Made by a program: the position numbers and the translations under genes. Below are positions 17,933 through 27,000 of a stretch of 64,000 nt of DNA, in pieces; position 1 is the stretch's first letter; the number at the start of each line of letters is the position of its first letter. Where the stretch lies: contig OZ220733.1 of NCBI GenBank assembly GCA_965116875.1, positions 3,872,001 to 3,936,000 of the forward strand, in the 5' to 3' direction. This DNA comes from Candidatus Latescibacterota bacterium. Its GTDB lineage: Bacteria; Latescibacterota; UBA2968; GCA-2709665. The notes beneath the pieces were generated by a model, which saw only the letters and a program-made list of their open reading frames with translations, ran no database searches and had not been told where the DNA came from.

Positions 17933-18721
17933 TCAGTTGCTCAATTCTTCGATATCCAGCCCTTCGATCCGTCCTTCCTGGATGTCGATCTCATCCCGCC
18001 TCCGCACCAGTTCCACCTGTCCGTCCCGCAGGTCCACGACCCGATCTGATGCAACGAGCATTTTGTGGTCGTGTGTGTTCGTGACGATGGTGACGCCGCT
18101 CTCGGACTGGAGTCTCTGCAGCAACTCGATGATTTCCTGGCCGGTTTTGAGGTCCAGGTTGCCGGTGGGTTCATCCGCCAGGACCAGGTCCGGGTCGTTG
18201 GCGATGGCGCGGGCGATGGCCACGCGCTGCTGCTGCCCTCCCGAGAGTTCGTAAGGGTTGTGCTTCAGGCGTTCGCCCAGGCCCACCTGGGTGAGTTTGT
18301 GAGCGGCCCTTTCTTCGTATTCCGACTTTTTCATACCTGAAAAAACCATGGGAAGCGCGACGTTCTCCAGGGCGGTCATCACGGGGATCAGGTTGAAGCT
18401 CTGGAATATGTAACCGATATTGTGACAGCGCAGATAGGCGATCTGCGCCTGGCTGAGCGATCCCATTTCGATCGCATTGACGACGACCGTACCCCTGGAG
18501 GGCCGATCCAGGGCGCCAACCATGTTGAAAAGCGTTGTCTTGCCCGAACCCGATGGACCCATAATGGAGAGGTACTCGCCCCGGATGACGTCCAACGAGA
18601 CGCCGCGCAGCGCGTGGACTTCCTGGTCTCCCATCGAATAGGTTTTCCAGACGTCATGCACCTCGATGATGTGGTCTTCGTTTTCCTGATCCGCGGATCG
18701 GGCGTCGGGCGCCTGCGCCAT
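17933..18721 (-). CDS. ABC transporter ATP-binding protein (LolD/MacB/FtsE-like)
   Basis: Walker A GPSGSGKTT, signature LSGGQQQRVAIARA, LADEPTGNLD, H-loop THD. Confidence 0.95.
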   Translation of the reverse strand: MAQAPDARSADQENEDHIIEVHDVWKTYSMGDQEVHALRGVSLDVIRGEYLSIMGPSGSGKTTLFNMVGALDRPSRGTVVVNAIEMGSLSQAQIAYLRCHNIGYIFQSFNLIPVMTALENVALPMVFSGMKKSEYEERAAHKLTQVGLGERLKHNPYELSGGQQQRVAIARAIANDPDLVLADEPTGNLDLKTGQEIIELLQRLQSESGVTIVTNTHDHKMLVASDRVVDLRDGQVELVRRRDEIDIQEGRIEGLDIEELSN

Positions 18722-18769
18722 AACGGCTTCTCCTGAACGTTTTTCTTGGATTTTGTCAATAGCCCGATT

Positions 18770-18798
18770 ATGTTAGAGAAAACAGGGTCTTCTGTCAA
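18770..18798 (-). promoter_or_regulatory. sigma70-type promoter of the ABC ATPase
   Basis: Minus strand TTGACA-17 bp-TAACAT. Confidence 0.5.
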
Positions 18799-18883
18799 GG
18801 ATTTTGTCGGCGCAGAACTGTCGCGGAATCCGGCCAGGCCCTGGCGCCCGGTTTGTGTTCCGGAAAGTCAGGAGGGTTCGGCG

Positions 18884-19711
18884 ATGAAGCTTGCGGTGTG
18901 CAACGAGTTTTTCGAAGGCTGGGAGATCGAGCGGGTGTTCGACTATGCCGCCGGGATCGGATGCGACGGGGTGGAGATTGCGCCGTTCACCCTGGCGGAG
19001 TCCGTACACGACATTTCATCGGCCCGGCGGCGGGACATCAGACAGGCGGCGGAAGCGGCCGGCGTGGAGATCGTTGGTCTGCACTGGCTGCTCGTAAAAC
19101 CCGCCGGTCTGTACATCAACCATCCGGATCGCCAGGTGTGGCAACGTACTCAGGACTACGTGAAGTCGCTGATCGATTTCTGCGGCGACCTCGGGGGAAG
19201 CGTGATGATTCACGGTTCTCCGCAACAGCGGAATATTCAGGAGGGATGGAACGCCGACGACTGCCTTGCCCGCGCCGTGGAGTTGTTCGCCGGGTGCGCG
19301 GATCTGATGGCCCAAAGGGGCGTTACGTATTGCATCGAGCCGCTGACGGTTCAGGAGACCAATTTCGTAACCGGTGTGGCGGAAGCTCTGAAGCTGGTTG
19401 AGGCCGTCGGGCATCCGAATTTTCAGACCATGGTGGACTGCCGCGCGGCGTCCACCGAGGCCATGTCCCATCCCGAAGTCATCGCACGGGCGGGAAGTGC
19501 GATGCGGCACGTACACGTGAACGACCCCAATCTGCGGGGACCCGGATTTGGCGAGCTGCAGTTCGCCCCCATACTGAAGAAGCTTAAGGAATTACGCTTC
19601 GGCGGATACGTGTCGGTTGAAGTCTTCGATTTCGAGCCGGACCCTGAGACGATTGCCGCAAGAAGCATCGGCTACCTGAAGGGCATTCTCGAAGGCCTTG
19701 ACGCAGGTTAA
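18884..19711 (+). CDS. Sugar phosphate isomerase/epimerase (D-psicose/tagatose 3-epimerase-like TIM barrel)
   Basis: GGAGGG RBS; DGVEIAPF, IEPL..ETNF, HVHVND..GPGFG, VSVEVF. Confidence 0.88.
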   Translation: MKLAVCNEFFEGWEIERVFDYAAGIGCDGVEIAPFTLAESVHDISSARRRDIRQAAEAAGVEIVGLHWLLVKPAGLYINHPDRQVWQRTQDYVKSLIDFCGDLGGSVMIHGSPQQRNIQEGWNADDCLARAVELFAGCADLMAQRGVTYCIEPLTVQETNFVTGVAEALKLVEAVGHPNFQTMVDCRAASTEAMSHPEVIARAGSAMRHVHVNDPNLRGPGFGELQFAPILKKLKELRFGGYVSVEVFDFEPDPETIAARSIGYLKGILEGLDAG

Positions 19712-19958
19712 CCTTGATTCCTCATTTTTCGAGGACGTTAATTCGAATATGTGTCAGTAAAAAAGGCGATTAAACTGCTGATTACCAGGATACACCAGGA
19801 CACTGTACGTGAACGGAAAAAATGTCCTTCATGACGACCATTTCGGCCCGTTTCGAAAGGTTTCGTCGCGGTGCCGCGTTGCGGCTTTCGCGGAATTGAG
19901 GTTAATGCGCAAGGGGTTTCGCCGGAACGGTGACCGGTTCGTTATGTGTTCGTGGGGA

Positions 19959-21395
19959 TCAGAATTCGCCCGTGTCTTCAGGCGTGATCGGCGTCAGGCG
20001 AAGTACGGTCCCGGGGTTGTTCAGGACGACGTAGATGGCCCCGTCGGGGCCGCTCGCCACGTCGCGCACGCGGCCGGCATTCTTGAGAATGGTCTCCTGG
20101 TAGATCACACGGTCGTTCTCGATGGTGAGGAGGCGGACTTCCTCATACGCAAGAGCGCCCACGAGCAGGCGGTTTTTCCATCTCGGGAAAAGGTCGCCGC
20201 GATAGAAGTCGATGCCGCACACGGCGATGGAGGGCCGCCAGAACAGAACGGGCTGTTCCAGACCCGGTTTGCTCTCGAATTCCGACACAAGCGTCCCGTT
20301 GTAGTTACGCCCGTAGGTGATCGTCGGCCAGCCGTAGTTGACGCCCGCCGTGATCAGGTTGATCTCATCGCCGCCCATCGGCCCGTGCTCGCTCTCCCAT
20401 AGCGCGCCTGTAACCGGATGCACCGCCAGCCCCTGCGGGTTTCGCTGGCCGAAGCTGTATATGCTGGGAAGCGCGCCTTCCCGTTCCAGGAAGGGGTTGT
20501 CATCGGGAATCCGGCCGTCCCGGTGGATGCGGTGGATCTTGCCGCCGGGGTGTCCCAGGTCCTGTGCGTACCTGGGGATTCCCCGGTCTCCGACGGGGAA
20601 ATAGAGATAACCCGCGGGATCGAAGACGATGCGGCAGCCGTAATGGTGCCGGGTTCTGTCGTAGGTCTCGTGCGGCGCTTCGTAGATGACCTGCTGATCG
20701 GTCCAGGCGTTGTCTTTCATTCGCCCCCGCACGAGGCGCGTCATCGCGGGCGGGCGGTCGCTTTCTGCGGTGTCCCTGAGCGCGTGGCTGTAAGACAGGT
20801 AGATCCACCCGTTCTCCCGATAGTCTGGATCTACCGCCGCATCCATAAGGCCGCCCTGCCCCTGGTGCAGAACGGGTGGCGTATTTGAAACGGAATCGGG
20901 TTGAAGTACGCCGTTCTTCACCACGCGAAGCCTTCCGGGCCGCTCGGTGATGAGGGCGGTGGCGGCGTCCGGGAACGCGATCGACCAGGGGAGCCGAAGG
21001 CCTTCAACCCAGCGTTCGACACGGATGCGGTAATCGTAGGTGTCAAGGCTGTCCGGAATGGGCGGTTTTGTGGCGCCCGCGGATCTTTCGGTCTCCCGGA
21101 TGAATGCCGAGATGGCGTTGATCTGGTTCCGCGTGAGCGCTTCTCCGAACGCGGGCATACCCTGCTGGACGATGCCGAACATGATGTTGCGGGCGATGTT
21201 TCCCCGTCCGCCATAGATCCAGACGCCGTCGATCAGACTGGGCGCCGTGACGCCCTCCAGGTTCTGGCCGTGACAGGTCGCGCAGTATTGGACGTAGAGT
21301 GTCCGGCCGTCGGTCGACGGTTCGTCGGCCGCGACCGGGAGTATGCCGTCTGCATACAGGGTGAAAAGCAGAAAGCTGATCGCCGCGCGCAGCAT
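19959..21395 (-). CDS. PQQ-dependent sugar dehydrogenase (GSDH/YliI-like) with N-terminal cytochrome c domain
   Basis: Signal peptide, CATCH heme motif, GQGGL, RNPQGL, EHGPMGGDEIN, NYGWP, GRVRDV. Confidence 0.9.
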   Translation of the reverse strand: MLRAAISFLLFTLYADGILPVAADEPSTDGRTLYVQYCATCHGQNLEGVTAPSLIDGVWIYGGRGNIARNIMFGIVQQGMPAFGEALTRNQINAISAFIRETERSAGATKPPIPDSLDTYDYRIRVERWVEGLRLPWSIAFPDAATALITERPGRLRVVKNGVLQPDSVSNTPPVLHQGQGGLMDAAVDPDYRENGWIYLSYSHALRDTAESDRPPAMTRLVRGRMKDNAWTDQQVIYEAPHETYDRTRHHYGCRIVFDPAGYLYFPVGDRGIPRYAQDLGHPGGKIHRIHRDGRIPDDNPFLEREGALPSIYSFGQRNPQGLAVHPVTGALWESEHGPMGGDEINLITAGVNYGWPTITYGRNYNGTLVSEFESKPGLEQPVLFWRPSIAVCGIDFYRGDLFPRWKNRLLVGALAYEEVRLLTIENDRVIYQETILKNAGRVRDVASGPDGAIYVVLNNPGTVLRLTPITPEDTGEF

Positions 21396-21474
21396 AAACC
21401 CTCCTGACGCGTTGTCGAAGAGACCGCGTTCAGCATCCCTCGCGACGTGACTCGAACTCATTTGCGGGAATCCG

Positions 21475-22503
21475 ATGGCAAAACCGGTGGAACCATTGGG
21501 CGTCGCCGTTATCGGCCCCGGAAGGATGGGCGGGCTTTATTCCCGGCTCCTCGATCAGTGCGCACTGACAAGGCTGGTGGCCGTATGCGGTCATGGCGAG
21601 GTCACCGCCCCGAAAGTCGCGATGGAATCGGGCGTACCGTTCTATACCGGCGCCCGTTACCTCGACATGCTCGCCGACCATCCGCAGATCGAGGCCGTCG
21701 TCGTCGCCACGTCCGAATGGGCGCATGCGGATCCGGTTGGCGCCTGCCTGGCGTCCGGGAAACATGTCCTGGTGGAAAAGCCGATGGCGACGTCTCCCTC
21801 AGATGCCGTCCGGATGGTTCGCGAAGCCGGCCGCGCCGGCGTTCATCTCATGGTATGCCACAGCCTGCGTTTCGACCCCCGGTTCGCCGCCATGCGGCAG
21901 GCCGCCGTCCGCGGGGACGTCGGCGAGGTTCTCCATATCTACAGCCGCAGGTCCTCGCACCCCGGAGCGGTGGATCGGGTACTCGGCCGTTTTCCCCTCG
22001 CGTACTGGCTGCTGCCCCACGACGTCGATCTGGCGCTTTGGACGACCGGGAGCGCGGTCGACCGCGTCAGGGCCTACGCCCGGTCCGGCGGGCGAGGCCG
22101 GCAGGATCTGATCGTCGTTGTGCTGACCTTCGAATGCGGCGCCGTTGCCGTCCTGGAAAACGTATGGGGTTCGCCGACAACGGCGGGACGGCCGCAGAAC
22201 CAGTTGTTTACCGTACGCGGCACGGCCGGAGCGGTGGAAGTGCTTCCGTACGAAACGGGAATTGCGGTCTACCGCGGGGGCGACGCCGCGTATCCGGACA
22301 CATCCGCCGCACCGGACGTCCACGGGCAGACAGAGGGTATGTCACGCTCGCTGATACGGCATTTCGCGGGTGTGGTTCGGGACCTCTGGAAGCCGCAGAT
22401 CACGCCGAGGGACGGGCTGGCGGTCGTCCGGGTGGCATCCGCGGTCGATGCTTCGCTTGAAGAGGGCCGCGAAATCACCATGTCTTCGATGGGGGACGTA
22501 TGA
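21475..22503 (+). CDS. Gfo/Idh/MocA family oxidoreductase
   Basis: IGPGRMG, VLVEKPMA, LRFDP, HDVDL. Confidence 0.9.
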   Translation: MAKPVEPLGVAVIGPGRMGGLYSRLLDQCALTRLVAVCGHGEVTAPKVAMESGVPFYTGARYLDMLADHPQIEAVVVATSEWAHADPVGACLASGKHVLVEKPMATSPSDAVRMVREAGRAGVHLMVCHSLRFDPRFAAMRQAAVRGDVGEVLHIYSRRSSHPGAVDRVLGRFPLAYWLLPHDVDLALWTTGSAVDRVRAYARSGGRGRQDLIVVVLTFECGAVAVLENVWGSPTTAGRPQNQLFTVRGTAGAVEVLPYETGIAVYRGGDAAYPDTSAAPDVHGQTEGMSRSLIRHFAGVVRDLWKPQITPRDGLAVVRVASAVDASLEEGREITMSSMGDV

Positions 22504-22883
22504 TCCGGTCGATTGAGCATATCGCAATTGTTGCGGCCGACTCCGGAACGCTCGCGCGGTGGTACTGCGACGTCCTCGGTTTTGAGATGATCCTCGAAAA
22601 CGAAGAGAGCCTGACGTATTTCGTGCGCCTGCCGGGTGGAGGTATCCTGGAATTCCTGCCGTCAAACGATCGTGCGCCCGCGGTCTGCGCCGCCGACGAC
22701 GCGGGCATCCGGCACATTGCGCTGAAAGTGGATGACTTCGATTCGGCGTGCAGGATGCTGGAGGATCGCGGCGCCGTATTTGTGGGGCCGTACCGGGAGA
22801 CGTCCGCGGGGACCCGGTTCAACTTCGTGGCGGATCCTGAAGGCAATCTGTTGCAGATTGTCTACCGGCCCGATCCATTATAA
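22500..22883 (+). CDS. VOC (glyoxalase) family protein
   Basis: IEHIAI..WYCDVLGF, GIRHIALKVDD, DPEGNLLQI. Confidence 0.9.
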   Translation: MIRSIEHIAIVAADSGTLARWYCDVLGFEMILENEESLTYFVRLPGGGILEFLPSNDRAPAVCAADDAGIRHIALKVDDFDSACRMLEDRGAVFVGPYRETSAGTRFNFVADPEGNLLQIVYRPDPL

Positions 22884-23045
22884 GAAGTTGTTTTAAAATT
22901 ACCGGTGAGTTCCCGAGCGCGAGCGAAAAAGTGGCGGTCAAGGCGGGAAAATCCGCCCCTATTTGTCTATACGGGTGGATTTGCCCAACGCCGACCGGCG
23001 CTTTTGCAGCCGCGCGAAGACCGCTGGGAATTTTAAGACAGCTTC
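22884..23045. mobile_element. MITE family B copy 1 (162 bp)
   Basis: TIRs GAAGTTGTTTTAAAATTACC / GGGAATTTTAAGACAGCTTC; TAA on both flanks, the left TAA being the VOC stop codon. Confidence 0.9.
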
Positions 23046-23099
23046 TAATAGCGGTATGTGCCGTATCGGCGAACGCACCGGTTCCGTTATCCGTCCGGC

Positions 23100-24182
23100 T
23101 CATTCCTTGCGTTGATATTTCGGCTCTCGAGGCGGCCGGTCTCTTTGCAGACGGTACCCGCTGCCGCCTATCGGTAACGCCACCCTCGCCCCGCCGCGCA
23201 CGTGCGACTCGACGAACGCGAAGATGAGTTCGGTATTGGCGCGCGCCGTTCTGACGCCCCCGCGCGGCGGATCTCCGGTATCCAGCGACCGGACGAGGTC
23301 TTCGATCAGCCGAACGGTTGAACTGGCCCGCTCGAATGGAGGGAATTCCCCCGGCACAAGCACGGACCGGCCGCGGTGGTCCCGGGCGCCGTGTTCGCGC
23401 AGGCGCCATTCTTTGTCGTTGAGCAGGCCCGTGACCACGCCCGCGTCGCCCACCGCTTCCACTTCCATGCCTCGCCCTGAATTGAGCGCGTACGCGGTGA
23501 CGCCGTTTTCAAACTGCAGGATCCCGTGTCCCACCGGGTCCTCGGTCAGGCGTTCGCCTTCGATCACCCGGTCCCCGTTCGGAAGGTGGGCCTGGACCCA
23601 CGCCACGGGATTGTCGCTGTTGAGCCTCATCAGCAGGTCGAAACTGTGGCTGGCGCCATTGAACAGCGGGCCCGTCTGATGCACGATCAGCGATCTCAAT
23701 CGACCGACGCGTCCGGAGTCGATCACGTCTTTCATCGCATCGAATCCCGGATGCCAGCGCCGGTTCGTGCCCATATTGAACACCGCGCCCGCCCGCTCGA
23801 CCGCTTCCACCATCGTATCGGCTTCGTCGAGCGACGCGGCCATGGCCTTTTCGCCATAGATCGCGCCTGCCCCCCGTTCGGCGGCAAAGACGACGATTTC
23901 CGCGCGATGTTCGGGCTGGGTGGCTACGCTGACGATATCCGGTTTCTCGCGTTCAATCATCTCTCTGTAGTCAAGGTACTGCTTATGTTCAGGGACCCCG
24001 TACCGGATACCGACCTGTCTCATCGCTTCCGCCCGCAAATCCGAACAGGCGATCAATTCCGTTCGCTCGCACGCCTCGTATCCCGCGGCATGCGAATAGG
24101 CGCCATATGAAGGCGGTACTTCGTTGTCGATGAAGGCGCCCATTCTGCTGCATCCGACCAGCGCGGCCTTATAGATTTTCAT
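23100..24182 (-). CDS. Gfo/Idh/MocA family oxidoreductase
   Basis: VGCSRMG, KPDIVSVAT, YGEKAMA, TNRRW, SHSFD. The ORF-track start lies upstream of a MITE remnant that the frame reads through. Confidence 0.88.
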   Translation of the reverse strand: MKIYKAALVGCSRMGAFIDNEVPPSYGAYSHAAGYEACERTELIACSDLRAEAMRQVGIRYGVPEHKQYLDYREMIEREKPDIVSVATQPEHRAEIVVFAAERGAGAIYGEKAMAASLDEADTMVEAVERAGAVFNMGTNRRWHPGFDAMKDVIDSGRVGRLRSLIVHQTGPLFNGASHSFDLLMRLNSDNPVAWVQAHLPNGDRVIEGERLTEDPVGHGILQFENGVTAYALNSGRGMEVEAVGDAGVVTGLLNDKEWRLREHGARDHRGRSVLVPGEFPPFERASSTVRLIEDLVRSLDTGDPPRGGVRTARANTELIFAFVESHVRGGARVALPIGGSGYRLQRDRPPREPKYQRKE

Positions 24183-24224
24183 CGAATCCTCTATCTTTCT
24201 GTAATCGGTCTCTCCGAGCCCTGA

Positions 24225-24282
24225 CAGCCCGATGGAAAAGTCCATCCGGCCTCGCTTGCAGAGCGACTTTATCAACGGACTG
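24225..24282. mobile_element. MITE family A, internally deleted copy (58 bp)
   Basis: Both TIRs retained (CAGCCCGATGGAAAAGTC..GACTTTATCAACGGACTG); about 100 bp of interior missing, joined at a CGG microhomology. Confidence 0.8.
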
Positions 24283-24450
24283 CCAGGCGACGATTCCGGG
24301 CGCACACGATTCATGGCTGTGGCGCTCCGGACGTTCTTTTGCGCGTCATCGGGCGCGGGATCGCTAATATTCGTCTATCGATCGGGGATGTCAAGGGCAA
24401 ACGACTGAAACCGGGGTGGTCCGATTGGGCGTTGCGATCCCACATTCCGC

Positions 24451-24479
24451 TTGACTTCGCCCATGGTTTCGTATAGATT
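24451..24479 (+). promoter_or_regulatory. sigma70-type promoter of tRNA-Val
   Basis: TTGACT-17 bp-TAGATT. Confidence 0.6.
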
Positions 24480-24511
24480 TGCGAATTCGGAATTGAGGGT
24501 TGAAAGCGGAT

Positions 24512-24588
24512 GGGCGATTAGCTCAGGTGGTTAGAGTGCTTGCTTGACATGCAAGAGGTCACTGGTTCGAGTCCAGTATCGCCCACCA
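24512..24588 (+). tRNA. tRNA-Val(GAC)
   Basis: Acceptor stem GGGCGAT/ATCGCCC-type, anticodon arm CTTGC-TTGACAT-GCAAG, GTTCGAGTC T-loop, CCA. Confidence 0.97.
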
Positions 24589-24609
24589 TTTTAAATTGCT
24601 GATATTAAT

Positions 24610-24642
24610 GGGCCTGTGATGAAACCATCACAGGCCCCTTTT
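24610..24642 (+). terminator. Rho-independent terminator after tRNA-Val
   Basis: GGGCCTGTGATG-AAAC-CATCACAGGCCC followed by CTTTT. Confidence 0.85.
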
Positions 24643-24808
24643 GTATGTTCGTCGGTGACGACGCTACATCCGGGTCCGGGTGAATTCGTTGTTGTTCTTG
24701 CATCAGGCGTCACATTTCAGTACCATACCGCCGGTCGGGGCGGCGTCCGGATCCGTCGGCGCCGTCCGCGAGGATCCGTTTCCAGCAACCTCCTAAGGAA
24801 CAGGCCCC

Positions 24809-25969
24809 GTGCGGGAAACAAGTGAGCAGGGTATGCGATATACCGAAGACCTCACGGCGTCGCCGCTGGGTTACGGGAGCGCGGTTTTCGACAGAGTGAA
24901 GTTCGTCCAGGCGATCGACGACATCTACGGCCAGACGGACGTGGACTCGTTGAGGAAAAAAACGTTGCGCGTCCGAAAGGTTGTTGAATCACCGGAACGC
25001 GGTTCCGGCGGCGCCTCGAAGATGGGCCCGGGCGCCGATACGGTGTCCCTTCGCAGGGACGTGCTTTTATCGGAATTGAATCAGATCCTGGAAGCGCAAA
25101 CGTTCGAACGCGCCAGGTATTACGTCAGGCGGTTGCGTAAGGGCGTACAGAAGGTCAGGAAGACGGAGATCAACGACATCAATCTCCTCAGGTGGAAAGA
25201 GTACGAGAACGTCGTCACGGACAGTCTCTGGATCATCGATCGACGGGACACTTCGGGAGGACATCTCGGGTGGTACTGGGGCAATTTCGTTCCGCAGATT
25301 CCACAGCAGTTGATGCTTCGCTACACGCGGCGGCAGGACTGGGTTGTCGATGCATTCGCGGGCAGCGGAACGACGCTGATCGAATGCAGACGGCTCGGGC
25401 GCAACGGAATCGGTCTGGAACTGAATAGGGAAATCGCCGTGGAGGCGGAGAAGCTCGTGGAGTCATCGCCCAATCAGGAGGATGTGACGACTGGAATCGA
25501 AGTTGGCGACAGCAGGGACCTGGACGTCGGCGGCATCCTGAAGAGGCACCGGGTGGAGAAGGCGCAGCTCCTGATCATGCATCCTCCGTACCACGATATC
25601 ATCCGATTCTCGGAAGACGGTGACGATCTCTCGAATGCGGGGAGTACGGAGGAGTTTCTCCGCATGTTCGGCCAGACCGTGGACAACCTGACACCGTATC
25701 TGGAAACCGATCGATACCTCGCGCTGGTCGTCGGCGACAAATATTCAAGGGGAGAGTGGATCCCGCTGGGTTTCTATTGTATGAACGAAGTACTCAGCAG
25801 ACCATTCGCGCTGAAGAGCATTGTCGTCAAGAATTTCGAGGAGACCCGGTCCAAGCGCAACCAGGCGGAACTCTGGCGATACCGTGCTCTCGCGGGCGGA
25901 TTTTATGTCTTTAAACATGAATACATCTTTCTGTTCAGGAAAACGGGGGACGCGTCAAACGCCGCCTGA
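24809..25969 (+). CDS. N6-adenine/N4-cytosine DNA methyltransferase (orphan)
   Basis: GNFVPQIP, motif I DAFAGSGTT, motif IV HPPY, HEYIFLFRK. Start may be ATG 24833. Confidence 0.85.
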   Translation: MRETSEQGMRYTEDLTASPLGYGSAVFDRVKFVQAIDDIYGQTDVDSLRKKTLRVRKVVESPERGSGGASKMGPGADTVSLRRDVLLSELNQILEAQTFERARYYVRRLRKGVQKVRKTEINDINLLRWKEYENVVTDSLWIIDRRDTSGGHLGWYWGNFVPQIPQQLMLRYTRRQDWVVDAFAGSGTTLIECRRLGRNGIGLELNREIAVEAEKLVESSPNQEDVTTGIEVGDSRDLDVGGILKRHRVEKAQLLIMHPPYHDIIRFSEDGDDLSNAGSTEEFLRMFGQTVDNLTPYLETDRYLALVVGDKYSRGEWIPLGFYCMNEVLSRPFALKSIVVKNFEETRSKRNQAELWRYRALAGGFYVFKHEYIFLFRKTGDASNAA

Positions 25970-26084
25970 TCCCTTCATCGGTACCGCGAGGTTCCGGTTC
26001 CGGTCGGTTCGGGAAGGCGGCTTCTGTCGAGCCTGTACGATGAACCGGCCGCAACCCGACTGACCCTGCGAAGGAGCGCCTGCA

Positions 26085-26900
26085 ATGAAAACCACGAACG
26101 GACGACCGGCGGATAGCGAAATCGTCGAATCCGCGTCGATTGAACCCATGACGGAATACGAAAAATTCCTCTTCGACCTCAAGGGCTTTCTCGTCATACC
26201 CGGTGTGCTCACGGGGGATGAAGTGCGAAGCGTCCGCGAGCACCTCGACGTCTACATGAAAGAACCGGAAAGCCTGGAGGATCACCTGAGGGCGCCCATT
26301 GCGGGGCCCGCGGAATTCCTGATCGATCATCCCAGAGTCATGGGGATACTGCAGGAGGTCATTCATCCCGAGCGCGATCGCATCCGGCTGGAAAGCGTCT
26401 TTGTTTCGGCCCGATCGGCCGAGACGACCGCGAATCAGTGGCGGCCCCACGTGGGTGGGACGAATCTCGATCCCTCCCATTCCTACCGTTTTCACAACGG
26501 GCGGATTTATAGCGGGATGACGCGCATCGTATGGGAACTGAACGAAGTCCGGAAAGGCCAGGGCGGTACGTGCCTGGTGCCCGGTTCTCACAAAGCCAAT
26601 CTGGTTTCCGCCCAGGATGGGACCTGGCCGGAAAGGGCAGACGACCCCGGATCGGGTCTCTGGGAGACCTACGGGTGTCCGCCGGGCAGTCTTGTCGTAT
26701 TCTCCGAGGGGGTGCGGCACACCGGTTCGGCCTGGACGAACCCGGACAATCCCCGCCGGGCCATTCTGATCGCTTACAACTACGTGACGGTCCGGTTCCA
26801 CGAACCCAAACCCTGTATGAATCCCTCCGTAATTGGTGGTATGGCGGAAGCGCGTCAGAGGTTTTTCAGGGACGTCTGGATCCTGCCCAACAGGAGATGA
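26085..26900 (+). CDS. PhyH-family Fe(II)/2OG oxygenase with HxG motif
   Basis: FLFDLKGFLVIPGVL, PHVGG, GGTCLVPGSHK, RHTGSAW..RR. Confidence 0.85.
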   Translation: MKTTNGRPADSEIVESASIEPMTEYEKFLFDLKGFLVIPGVLTGDEVRSVREHLDVYMKEPESLEDHLRAPIAGPAEFLIDHPRVMGILQEVIHPERDRIRLESVFVSARSAETTANQWRPHVGGTNLDPSHSYRFHNGRIYSGMTRIVWELNEVRKGQGGTCLVPGSHKANLVSAQDGTWPERADDPGSGLWETYGCPPGSLVVFSEGVRHTGSAWTNPDNPRRAILIAYNYVTVRFHEPKPCMNPSVIGGMAEARQRFFRDVWILPNRR

Positions 26901-26928
26901 CCGGCAGGTCATCCAGGACACGAAACCC

Positions 26929-26964
26929 AAAAAGCCCGGCCAGACCATCGGCTTCGGGCTTTTT
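26929..26964. terminator. Bidirectional terminator between convergent PhyH genes
   Basis: AAAAAGCCCG...CGGGCTTTTT. Confidence 0.7.
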
Positions 26965-27000
26965 CGGTCTCTGAAGCTTCAATTCGGATTTCGGCTCCGG

